DNA of 63,600 nt, counting the filler, from Octopus bimaculoides (taxonomy: Eukaryota): NCBI RefSeq assembly GCF_001194135.2. It is 5 parts of 5 records of this genome, joined end to end, with 100 filler letters (N's around TTAATTAATTAA, not from the genome) between each part and the next. Parts side by side here need not be neighbours in the genome. Positions count along the whole stretch, not along the records: positions 1 to 23,006 come from NC_069004.1; 4 more parts are not named here. One strand, given 5' to 3'. Below are positions 1-11,702 of this stretch, in pieces; within the stretch, counting starts at the first letter, position 1, and each line of letters starts with the position of its first letter. A model generated the notes under the pieces. That model did no database searches, was not told where the DNA came from, and saw only the letters and a program-made list of their open reading frames with translations. A program made the translations under genes and the position numbers.

Positions 1-37
<37 letters not shown>

Positions 38-324
38 GCATGCATGCATGTATGTATGTATGTATGTTTGCATGTATGTATGTATGTATGTATGTATGTA
101 TATACGTGTGTGTGTGTGTATGTATATTTGTGTGCATCTATGTGTGCATGTATGCATGTGCATATGTCTGTATGTACGTGTATGGATGTGTGCATGCGTA
201 TATGGATATGTATGTGTGTGAATGTATGAGCATGTTGAAATTGTAATTTGGTGTAGAGAAAAGATTCGTTAAAAAAAAAATCAATTTTAGATAGAAAGAG
301 AGAGAGAGAGGGATAGAGAAATAG

Positions 325-393
<69 letters not shown>

Positions 394-430
394 AAGAGAG
401 AGATACACCCGCATATACATACACTTACGT
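1..430. repeat. Compound (TA)n/(TATG)n/(TG)n/(GATA)n/(GA)n microsatellite
   Basis: Directly visible simple repeats. Confidence 0.95.
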
Positions 431-954
431 ACATGGGCAATCACTTCCCCCCCCCCCACACACATGCACACATAACATTCAGTAGCCGGCGACGATATTT
501 TATTTAATTTTCTTTTAATCATAGCTAATTAATTTCCTTAATTAATTTCATTAGCTAAGTAATTACCACCCACATCGTAGACTGGAGTTATATGCTATAA
601 AACATTTACATTTCGATGGATAAACTAGAACACCGCTGACCTCATCTGCTGTAATCCTATCATTAATAAACCCAGCGGTCTGCGTATAAGTTTATGGTGT
701 GTATACGTTGAAAGCCTTCTAAACTGCGGTATTTGTCTCGAGAAAGAATCCATTATAGACGTATTGTGTTAAAAACGCCGAAAAATATCAGCTGCCGGCG
801 AATGTTGCTTAGCATTGATGGTAGAATTTCTGGATCTGGATTTCTGCTTGTTAGCTTCTCCAGCTGCAAATAACTCCGTCACCTCATGTCGAGCAAACAT
901 CCGCTGATAGCTGATACAGTTACGCATGCATACATATATATATTTGTCAGTGTG

Positions 955-996
<42 letters not shown>

Positions 997-1006
997 NNNN
1001 NNNNNN

Positions 1007-1043
<37 letters not shown>

Positions 1044-1420
1044 TACACACACATATCTACATATATATATATATATGCATGTATGAGCATGTGTGTCTGT
1101 ATGTATGTGTATATATGTGAGTGTGTGTGTGTTAATGCTGAGTTAACTAATGTTTTCCAGCGGACAACACATCCGAGAAATTAACATGAAACAGTTTTTG
1201 CTTTGTTTTTAGTTTTAATATCGAGGTTTTATTTTGAAGCCCGAAAAGAGAAAAAAAATCCCGAAAAAAAGCGACTGTTAATTACTTAGAAGCATGAAAA
1301 ACTATAGTTAACTCAATATCTTATCCGTTTGGTTTAGTTCAAGCCAAAAATCTCGCATAAATTTATGGCATACTTCTTTATCAGTCCGTCCCAATATTAT
1401 TGGCTCCTTTGCTTTAACAG

Positions 1421-1780
1421 ATCGAATCAGCTGCCTTGTCAGGCCGTTAATTTTATCGAACTAATTGCCTTAATGTGCCAACTTTTATTTATTATCGTTT
1501 TTTACCCGACCAACCACCTGATCGAACCAGATGCCTTTTTGGGACAGCTTCAATTTATTATTACTTTCCATCAGGCTGGTCGGTTTACTAAACAAACTAC
1601 CTTATCGGACCATTTTATCCAAGACAGCTGCTTTACCGAATTAGTTGCTTTATAGAGCCAGTTTTTATTTATTTTAAAATCAAGCCGGTCACTTTATCGA
1701 ACCAGTTGCCTTAATGCGCCAACCTTCATTTATTATTATTCTCTTTCCAAGCCTGCTGCTTTGTCGAACCAATTGTTTTA
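1421..1780. repeat. Degenerate minisatellite, unit mostly 61-67 bp, about 6 units
   Basis: An ATCGAACCAGTTGCCTT-like motif recurs at 1421, 1455, 1521, 1587, 1635, 1696 and 1763, mostly followed by related TTTATT-rich sequence. Confidence 0.75.
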
Positions 1781-2674
1781 TTCGGCTGTCATCAGCATCA
1801 CCACACGTTGGCATACTTTATCAAGCGGGGGCGGTTTCGATCTTACACTTAATATAGAAACCTACAGATTGTCTCTCGTGTTATAGCTACGAAGGGTCTA
1901 TTAACAATTTAGATTTTCGATTCTCATTTCTGTTTGGTTTATCAGGAAATAACCTTTAGAACGGTGATAAAGTTTTCTTGTTTTTCCCAATGTCTTTTCG
2001 AAAGACGTCTTCAATATTAAAATGTCATCGTTGTACAATAAGATCTCGTTCTACAATTGGATCTCGTTGAACTAATTCTTTTAATAACTGCTATTATGGT
2101 TGTGGTTTTTACAGGACTCTTAATTTGATTCAGAAGTACTGAGCTCTGTAGCGGTCACCTAAAAACAAAAGAGAAGACATTTACGAAAATAAAACGCATA
2201 AACCATTTATATTCTGACAAGCATATATAGTTGCAAAGTTTACAAGTTTAAAGGCTTGTACTACCGTGACTAACTTGGCACATCACTGCTCTCAAACACG
2301 AACGTAAATGTCGAAGTAGTTCAAATTCGTTAAAGGAAAGAAAAGAAAAGAAAAAAAAAACTCGGTGAAGATCATTGAAATAGCGTTCAAGGTTTTGTTT
2401 TTAATGTGACCCCTCGACATGTTGAAGTGGACATTTCAGAAATAGAAATCAATTTTCTGAAAATGACGACGACACAAATTAGATGGAATGAGATAAAAGA
2501 AAATATAGAAAAAGAAAAGAGAAAGCAACGAAAGGGCAAAAGAGAGAGCGAGAAAAAGAGAAAAAGAATGTGAGAATAAGTGAAAGAAAAAACGAGAGAA
2601 GAAAAGACTATAAACGCAAAGTAGAGAAGAGATAATTACTTTTAACTTTGGCAACACAGACACAGCCACTCACT

Positions 2675-2677
<3 letters not shown>

Positions 2678-2719
<42 letters not shown>

Positions 2720-2723
2720 GCGC
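2678..2723. repeat. (CA)n(CG)9 alternating purine-pyrimidine tract
   Basis: (AC)n from 2678 runs into (CG)9 at 2705-2722. Confidence 0.95.
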
Positions 2724-4390
2724 AAAGTAAACACCACAGCGATAATGATCACAAAGAATCGAAGAACTCCAGACTTTCGCACTATGGATATGTCGTAGCG
2801 ATTTAGGTATATTTGAAAAGAAGACCTAAACATTAAATGAATAATAACGACATAGAAAGGACAAGAAAGTGAAGTTCAAACACGGGTCATTATTTTCTGT
2901 GAAGCCAAAAACAGACGATAGCTGAGCGAAGCAGACGATAATATCAACACCATCGACTTACGTCAATAATCAACGTTAAAACAACACCGACAACATTAAC
3001 GACAGCGATACTGCGGCGTGTTATACAAGTGGTATATATTTATTTGATTCATTGAGTAGAATCACGCAATTTCCTTTCTTGATGGTAATCACGAACATCC
3101 TGAGGTCACCAGGCAATTCAATAAACATCAACGCTGTTGATTTAAAGAATAGCTTCACGAAAGCTAAAGGAACGGGTTTTAAAAATAAAATTGTCTGCCA
3201 GTAGGAAGGTTAGTATTGTATTAAATAAGTGGGTTTAATACAGAGATTTCGAACGTCTAAACTGAAGGCATTTTAGCAATCGTCACAATTTTAGAAAATT
3301 TCATGTCAGCTAAAATTGAATGCTAGTATTTGCACATATACAATCAGGTCCACATGCATGCAGATATGTGTATGTATAAGGCAAGCACGCATATATGGAT
3401 GTATATATGTACATATGTACATAAAGTGAGGTATTACTGTATATATANNNNNNNNNNNNNNNNNNNNNNNNNNNNNNNNNNNNNNNNNNNNNNNNNNNNN
3501 NNNNNNNNNNNNNNNNNNNNNNNNNNNNNNNNNNNNNNNNNNNNNNNNNNNNNNNNNNNNNNNNNNNNNNNNNNNNNNNNNNNNNNNNNNNNNNNNNNNN
3601 NNNNNNNNNNNNNNNNNNNNNNNNNNNNNNNNNNNNNNNNNNNNNNNNNNNNNNNNNNNNNNNNNNNNNNNNNNNNNNNNNNNNNNNNNNNNNNNNNNNN
3701 NNNNNNNNNNNNNNNNNNNNNNNNNNNNNNNNNNNNNNNNNNNNNNNNNNNNNNNNNNNNNNNNNNNNNNNNNNNNNNNNNNNNNNNNNNNNNNNNNNNN
3801 NNNNNNNNNNNNNNNNNNNNNNNNNNNNNNNNNNNNNNNNNNNNNNNNNNNNNNNNNNNNNNNNNNNNNNNNNNNNNNNNNNNNNNNNNNNNNNNNNNNN
3901 NNNNNNNNNNNNNNNNNNNNNNNNNNNNNNNNNNNNNNNNNNNNNNNNNNNNNNNNNNNNNNNNNNNNNNNNNNNNNNNNNNNNNNNNNNNNNNNNNNNN
4001 NNNNNNNNNNNNNNNNNNNNNNNNNNNNNNNNNNNNNNNNNNNNNNNNNNNNNNNNNNNNNNNNNNNNNNNNNNNNNNNNNNNNNNNNNNNNNNNNNNNN
4101 NNNNNNNNNNNNNNNNNNNNNNNNNNNNNNNNNNNNNNNNNNNNNNNNNNNNNNNNNNNNNNNNNNNNNNNNNNNNNNNNNNNNNNNNNNNNNNNNNNNN
4201 NNNNNNNNNNNNNNNNNNNNNNNNNNNNNNNNNNNNNNNNNNNNNNNNNNNNNNNNNNNNNNNNNNNNNNNNNNNNNNNNNNNNNNNNNNNNNNNNNNNN
4301 NNNNNNNNNNNNNNNNNNNNNNNNNNNNNNNNNNNNNNNNNNNNNNNNNNNNNNNNNNNNNNNNNNNNNNNNNNNNNNNNNNNNNNNNNN

Positions 4391-4594
4391 TATAGGCACA
4401 AGGCCCGAAATTTGGGTGGTGGAGGCTAGTCCACTATATTGGCTCCATTGCTCAACAGGTACTTATTTTAATCGACCTCGAAAGGATGGAAGGCAAAGTC
4501 GATCACTGCGGCGTTTGAACTCAGATAGTAAAGACGGATCAAGATCCGGTAAGCATTTTGTCCGATGTGCTAACGATTCTGCCAACTCGCTGCC
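4391..4594 (-). mobile_element. tRNA-derived SINE, family M, near full length
   Basis: The reverse complement has a head GGCAGCGAGTTGGCAGAATCGTTAGCAC, a B box GAGTTCAAA, a core GCCTTCCATCCTTTCGAGGTCGAT..AAGTACC and a 3' end GGCCTTGTGCCTATA. It aligns with the copy at 18778-18964. Confidence 0.85.
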
Positions 4595-4600
4595 TTTCAC

Positions 4601-4750
4601 AATAATAATCTTTTCTACTCTAGGCACAGGGCCCGAAATTTTTGGGGAGGGGGGGCCAGTCGATTAGATCGATCCCAGTACACAAATGGTACTTAATTTA
4701 TCAACCCCGAAAGGAGGAAAGGCAAAGTCGACCTCAGCGGAATTTGAACT
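4601..4750 (-). mobile_element. SINE family M, 5'-truncated copy with (ATT)n tail
   Basis: Same core and 3' end as 4391-4594; homology stops at the B box next to the Tx1 fragment. Confidence 0.85.
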
Positions 4751-4799
4751 GGCTCCTCTAAATAGACTACTCCGGCTCTTCTAAATAGACTACCCAGCT

Positions 4800-5115
4800 G
4801 CTTTGATGGTCGGTCTTATCAAACGCTTTCGATAAATCTAAACTGGTCAGAGCCCTTCCCGTACCAAGATCTCTACCTACTCTTTCTATGATGTGTCGTG
4901 TGAGATGGAGGCTGTCGTGGATAGATCTGTTTAGTATGGCGCATGTCTGGACCTCACCTACAAAAATTCCGACGACAAGCTCCAACTTCTTTCTTAGCAC
5001 ATTAGCCGAAATCTTTAATTCTGCATTTGGTAGAGTTATGGGCCTTGAAGGTGTTAAAATCATCACCTTCGTTCAGCTTCTTTCTCTGCAGCATCACTAT
5101 AGCTTTTTCGTAGGG
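4800..5115 (-). mobile_element. Tx1/L1-clade LINE reverse transcriptase fragment (decayed)
   Basis: Translation RPITLPNAELKISANVLRKKLELVVGIFVGEVQTCAILNRSIHDSLHL...LDLSKAFDKTDH matches the RPITLLN / QT..GRSI.D / LD.SKAFDRVDH motifs of L1-group RTs; one frameshift near 5047. Confidence 0.85.
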
Positions 5116-5295
5116 AAGGATCTGTTAGCTTGCATTGAATATTCTGGAAGTCAGAGGTCCCATGGAACAAAAAAAAGATGAATAAAATAAATTTCGTAAC
5201 TCTCGGATTTTTCTAATTTCCATCTCTTTCGGTAATTTCCTATTTTCTTTCCTTCTTTTATCCATCCATCCATCCATCCATTCGTCCGTGCGTCC

Positions 5296-5341
<46 letters not shown>

Positions 5342-5965
5342 ATGTATGTATGTATGTATCTATCTATCTATCTATCTACCACTCTTCCCCACTTCCTTCC
5401 TTCCTTCCTTCCTTCCTTCCTTCCTNNNNNNNNNNNNNNNNNNNNNNNNNNNNNNNNNNNNNNNNNNNNNNNNNNNNNNNNNNNNNNNNNNNNNNNNNNN
5501 NNNNNNNNNNNNNNNNNNNNNNNNNNNNNNNNNNNNNNNNNNNNNNNNNNNNNNNNNNNNNNNNNNNNNNNNNNNNNNNNNNNNNNNNNNNNNNNNNNNN
5601 NNNNNNNNNNNNNNNNNNNNNNNNNNNNNNNNNNNNNNNNNNNNNNNNNNNNNNNNNNNNNNNNNNNNNNNNNNNNNNNNNNNNNNNNNNNNNNNNNNNN
5701 NNNNNNNNNNNNNNNNNNNNNNNNNNNNNNNNNNNNNNNNNNNNNNNNNNNNNNNNNNNNNNNNNNNNNNNNNNNNNNNNNNNNNNNNNNNNNNNNNNNN
5801 NNNNNNNNNNNNNNNNNNNNNNNNNNNNNNNNNNNNNNNNNNNNNNNNNNNNNNNNNNNNNNNNNNNNNNNNNNNNNNNNNNNNNNNNNNNNNNNNNNNN
5901 NNNNNNNNNNNNNNNNNNNNNNNNNNNNNNNNNNNNNNNNNNNNNNNNNNNNNNNNNNNNNNNNN

Positions 5966-6016
<51 letters not shown>

Positions 6017-6329
6017 AACAATTACAGCGTGGGGGACACATAGTAGCTATTCAAAATCAAATAAATGACTTCACTTAAATATTTATTATTCAGTGTTAAC
6101 GTTTTCGTCGCACTATACATACATGCATACATACATACATATATATATATATATACACACCCAAGCGTATATGCATATATGTACATATGTATGTTTATAT
6201 CTCTCTCTCTCTATCTCTCTCTCCACACACACACACACACACACATATTGTAAAGGCAGTAAATAGTAAATATAAAAAAAGAACAGCACAGAAGGAACAA
6301 AATTTGACGAATAAGTATTAGTTTAACAC

Positions 6330-6572
6330 TTGTGCATTCGAAGAGAGCGACTGGTATGTAGGATTAACCCTATCGTTAACTGTAGAACTAGAAATGTAGT
6401 CTACAACATAAGGTGCATAGAAGGTGCTTGTAACGACAAGAACATGATATATAATGGCGAGACATCTAGGAGCATTGCGAAAAGACTGAACGAACATTTC
6501 AGACAATATGACGACAAAAATAGTCCTTCATACTCTACCGACATGCCAAAGACCAACATAGAGGCAACTTGA
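6330..6572 (+). mobile_element. Penelope-like element, GIY-YIG endonuclease fragment
   Basis: CRTRNVVYNIRCIEGACNDKNMIYNGETSRSIAKRLNEH matches the PLE pattern C...NVVY.I.C..C...Y.GET.R....R..EH. Confidence 0.8.
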
Positions 6573-6859
6573 GTCAACTTGACATCCGCATTTTATCCAA
6601 ATACAGGAGTACGTCCTCATAAATGAAACATCTCTAGTACTAAATAGGAAATATATGTAGTAGGTAGCCATATCCCTATATCCACGGTTTATATATATAT
6701 ATAAAGGTAGGATAGTTGGTGGGCTGTAGACGTATGTATGTGTGCGTGCGTGTGCGTGTGTGTGTGTATATATGTGTATATATATATTATATATACGTAT
6801 ATGTATATATGTATTTGCATATATATGTACGTAAATGGATATGAATGTAAACAGATAAA

Positions 6860-7058
6860 CATCATCATTATCATCATCATCATCATCAGCGTCATCATCA
6901 TCATCGTCATCATCATCGTCATCATCATCGTCGTCAATATCGTCGTCGTCGTCATCATCGTCATTGTCATCATCGTCATTGTCATCATCATCATCAACAA
7001 CACCAGCAACACCGACAATAGGAATGACAGCGACATCAACAACAACAACAACAACAGC

Positions 7059-7128
<70 letters not shown>
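6860..7128. repeat. Compound (CAT/CGT)n-(CAA)n triplet microsatellite
   Basis: Directly visible. Confidence 0.95.
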
Positions 7129-7774
7129 GTTTATTGTTTCCGCTGCATTACTCTAATAGATCGTTTTGAAAAGTGTTATTACTGGGAAAAACAAAGGACC
7201 AGACGATCAGACAGAGAGACAGACAGACAGGCAGACAGATAAACAAACAAGCATGAATGCGCATGTCAAGTCATGCTTCCAGCAATAAAATCATTAATAC
7301 ATTTTGTGGTGGTGGCGGTGGTGGTGAAAATGTTTGGGTTTTCTCTCTGGTGTGGAGAATCTTCTAAATTTTGCTTTTTCCCTCTTTGTTTGTTTATTTA
7401 AAAATTAAAAAAAATATTAATACCAAGTTCTGTTTTGGGAAACAGTTTCTAAATGAAATCATTATGGATAATTAAAACAAACACACATATACACATATAT
7501 ACATACAAAACACACACACTCACACATATACACACGCTTTCCCTCTCTCTCTCACACACATACACACACACTCTCACACGCACACACACACACACACACA
7601 TACAAACACAACGTTAAATACACGGTTAAATGTTTCGAAAAAAGCGATGACGCAAATATCTGAGCAGACAACGGTGAAAATCCATCATAATTGCTCCAGT
7701 TGTTGATGTTCTTGTAATTTTTGTTGCTGCTGCTGCTGTTGTTGTTGTTGTTGTTGTTAATGTTGTTGTTGTTG

Positions 7775-7897
7775 TATTGGCGCAAGGGCATCGGTTAAAA
7801 TACTCTGCAGCATATGTTTCCGATTGTCGGCTACGAGGAATTGAACCCCAAAAACAACGAGGTTGCAAGCCCAGCTTCTTAACCACACAGCCATGTC
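7775..7897 (-). mobile_element. tRNA-derived SINE head, family T, decayed
   Basis: The reverse complement starts ACATGGCTGTGTGGTTAAGAAGCTGGGCTTGCAACC and has a B box GGGTTCAATTCC. Confidence 0.65.
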
Positions 7898-8119
7898 TAT
7901 ATGCAAGTGTATATAAGCGATTGTCAGGGATACGTATTAAAAGCAACTGACCATTCACAGAAATACAACCACCAAGCACTTCTATAAATACACACGTGCC
8001 CAGATTTGGATAAAAATCAATGAAATTGAAGCCTTGGGATTAACATCAGTTCTGGTTTCGAGAGTAAATGGCCGAATAGTTTAATATTGGTTTCACTGAT
8101 GAGAAATGGTATTAGGATG

Positions 8120-8210
8120 ACATGTGACTTACTGGTCAGGGTGTTGGACTCATGTTAGGAAGGTTGTGGTTTCGATTCCTGAACCAGGTGATGCGTTGTG
8201 TTTTAAGGCC
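8120..8210 (+). mobile_element. tRNA-derived SINE head, family U, decayed
   Basis: GTGACTTACTGGTCAGGGTGTTGGACTCATG...GGTTTCGATTCCTG..GCGTTGTGT; related to 18537-18630 and 37253-37353. Confidence 0.5.
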
Positions 8211-8763
8211 TAACGGTTATATTAATAGAAATATTTAGCTGCTAACACTCGAACATTGTCTAGTTGAAGTGTATGAAAAGAAAAAAATAACAACAACAAC
8301 AAAACAAAGCAGAAAAACAAAAAAATAAAATAAAATAACAAAAGAAATAAAGAAATCCCAAACAGAAAAATCCTTCTGCCGTCTGGGTTCTTTTCCGAAA
8401 AGAGACCATTTCTTTCTTATTTGACTATTAATTTTGAATGAATCCAATTTAGTAGAATCTGCATGGAATCTTAAGCAGACAGACTCTGTCCCCTGGAGAA
8501 CTTTCGTAAAATCGTACATAGATAGAGTTTATCTGTTGCCTCTCTGTACGCTGTGGATTTTCTCGTAATAGCTAAGTAAATAATATAGAAATAAGAAGTT
8601 TTTGAAGACAAGAGATAAGAATAGTCTATAGAATTGCCATAACTATAATTATCTCCACCTCTTTCTTTTCCTCTTGCCATCTTAATATGCGCATGCGCAC
8701 ATATTCATGCCCATACACTGTCACACAAAAACATGCATAAGAAACAGAGGCACGTGCATACAT

Positions 8764-8799
<36 letters not shown>

Positions 8800-9124
8800 G
8801 TACTTTCATACATAATGAGGTGCATACATACACACATACATACGTACGCACATACATATATACATACGTACATAAATACATACATATATACATACGTACA
8901 TGCATATATGCGTACGTACACACACACATAGACACACACATACATATATAGATAGATATATACATACGTACATGTATACGTATATACATATGTACATTCA
9001 TATTAGTGAAGGCAGAGCTATGGTATTTAAATTCATTTAATTCAATCTAAGAATAGTAAGATAATGCAAAATTGGTAAAGATCTCTACTAACATTATTAG
9101 TTTTGTATTATTTTACCGTTTTAA

Positions 9125-9262
9125 GGCGGCGAGCTGGCAGAATCGTTAGCACGCTGGACAAAGAGCTTAGCGGTTTTTCGCCTGTCGCTGCGTTCTGAGT
9201 TCAAATTCCGCTGTGGTCGACTTCGCCTTCGCATTTTATACTTTCGGAGTTGATGAAATAAA
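9125..9262 (+). mobile_element. SINE family M, 3'-truncated
   Basis: GGCGGCGAGCTGGCAGAATCGTTAGCACG head, GAGTTCAAATTCC B box and the start of the core. Confidence 0.85.
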
Positions 9263-9291
9263 TGCCATAGTCCTGTTCCCTATTTTGACCG

Positions 9292-9325
<34 letters not shown>

Positions 9326-9644
9326 GAATATGAAAAATAAATGTGAAGAAATAAAATAACACAAACAACTGAAAGCAATTCGAAAAAAATTAATGAAAAT
9401 TTGAAGAAAATAACAAAAAATACATTGATAGCTTAAAGTTTAAGCTTTTAGTTGATTATAGTTCGTTGACAAATTGGTCGGTGTTCGAATTTTGCTTGGG
9501 TAAATCCGTGTCATTGATTGGTAAAATGAAACTGAGTGGCTTCAAGACTGATCAGTAGAAAGTTATATTATCCTCTTTAGAACAATTTCGATAGTAGCCA
9601 TGTTGCATTCAGAGTTCTTTTCCGGTTTGCCTGTAGTCTGAGTT

Positions 9645-9682
<38 letters not shown>

Positions 9683-9896
9683 TATACATATAATATATAT
9701 ATATATATACATATAATATATATATATATACATATAATATATATATATGCATACATACATATATATATACATACATATATACATGCATACATACATATAT
9801 ATATATATATGCATGCATACATAAATAAATATACATATATACAGGCATATGCAATATATACTATATGTATATACATACATATATATATACACACAT

Positions 9897-9928
<32 letters not shown>

Positions 9929-11702
9929 GTATACACACACACATATATATATATATATATATGCACACATATACATACAAACACATATATACATGGATAA
10001 GTTTGCGTGGAAGAATATTGAAATTCAAGTTTCCTTTCCATTATATTTTTCTTTCTTTTCTTTATTATATTATTTCTTAAAGATATTTAATATAAATTGA
10101 TATCAACCATTGGACTCACCAATTTAAAAAAGAAAAAGATCCAGAGCCCAACTGACCTCGATTCAAACCATGTATAAATGTATTCATGTACTTATTTTTC
10201 GTTGCAGACTTCGCGCCGCGGTGGGACGCTTCATCATGTTACACATTAGAAGTAGCACCTATCTTGCTAGCGCTAAGTGACTGATGAAGAATCCTCTTTT
10301 AATTCACTTAAAAAAGCAGAAATAAGTCGTAACTAATTTCAGAAAGCCGATCGACTGGAGCTCTGTAGCATTACCGATAGGCAGGTTTACAATGGTAAGC
10401 AAGAGGTGTGTGGTTCGATTTCAGAAAGTGGGCTGCTTGCTGTTTTCTTTTTTCAAACTGGTGAATGTAATTTCCATTATCGTTCATTGGAATTTGGATT
10501 TAACTCTTTTCACGGATCAATTTTTGTGAATAAAATATTACTGATTTTCAAAGATTCCAAAATTTCACACGGGACCCATCAAAACGTGCACCTGCCACAC
10601 GTGTATGTTATATATAATATATTATATTGATAAGATTAAGAGGTTTCACAAAAGTAAATGTTTATTAAAAAACAAAGAGAAGAAAATACGTTGAGAGCTT
10701 TATCATGGATAACTAAAAAAGGTTTTTTAAAATCAAAATCTGTTACCGGTTTCAATTGTTTTATAAGAGTAATTAGTCATACTGTTAGAGAAGGAAAAAT
10801 TAATTGGAAAAACAAATCAAATTGATTTTTGATAATTCCTGTTCTGAGAAGTCACATGCTTTTCTTATAAAATTCATCAACCAGCGCTATTTAATTTAAT
10901 TTATTTCAATTTATTTTTCTATTCCCTTTCAACTTGATTAAATAATCATATAAAACAACTGAAGCCAGTAGCATATTTTGATAAAAATGTAGATATCTTC
11001 TTTCGTCCATGATAAACTCGAAACTTTTTCTTTTTTTGTTCATATGTATGTACTATGTATGTATGTATGTATGTATGTATGTATGTATGTATGTATGTAT
11101 GTACATGCGTGCGTGTTCTGACATTGTTTCTTTTTTAATCTTCAGATGTCTATAAAATAAGAGCCAAGTTATTTGAGTCAATGTTATCGACCATAACTTT
11201 CAATAATGAAAGCCAATAACAGACATAATGCATACACACACATATATATGTATATATNNNNNNNNNNNNNNNNNNNNNNNNNNNNNNNNNNNNNNNNNNN
11301 NNNNNNNNNNNNNNNNNNNNNNNNNNNNNNNNNNNNNNNNNNNNNNNNNNNNNNNNNNNNNNNNNNNNNNNNNNNNNNNNNNNNNNNNNNNNNNNNNNNN
11401 NNNNNNNNNNNNNNNNNNNNNNNNNNNNNNNNTATATATATATATATATATATGTATATATTTATATAGTTAGATTTATAAATGAATAAATGAAATATAT
11501 GAAGAAATCTGCATGAATGTTTTCTGTATGCATGTGTGTAGGAAAAAGCTCATCATTTCTTTTAGGTACGTTCCATTGTATCACGTGTATACGAACGTTC
11601 ATGTGCGTCAAATCGGATCGTTTTCTTGTACATTAGTGTGTTCTTGTGCGCTGTTCACGCAATGCTGCTTTCATACACCATTATTGTTTTGAAAATGAAT
11701 TT

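Noticed and set aside
1421-1780. CRISPR-like reading of this array and of the arrays at 36470-36735 and 42756-43035
   Set aside because: The context is eukaryotic, the spacers are homologous to each other, the repeats are degenerate and there are no cas genes.
10274-10330. CTGATGA...GAAA as a hammerhead
   Set aside because: The complement of the stem I strand (TCACTTA) lies between the core and GAAA, which is the wrong topology, and there is no stem II or III.
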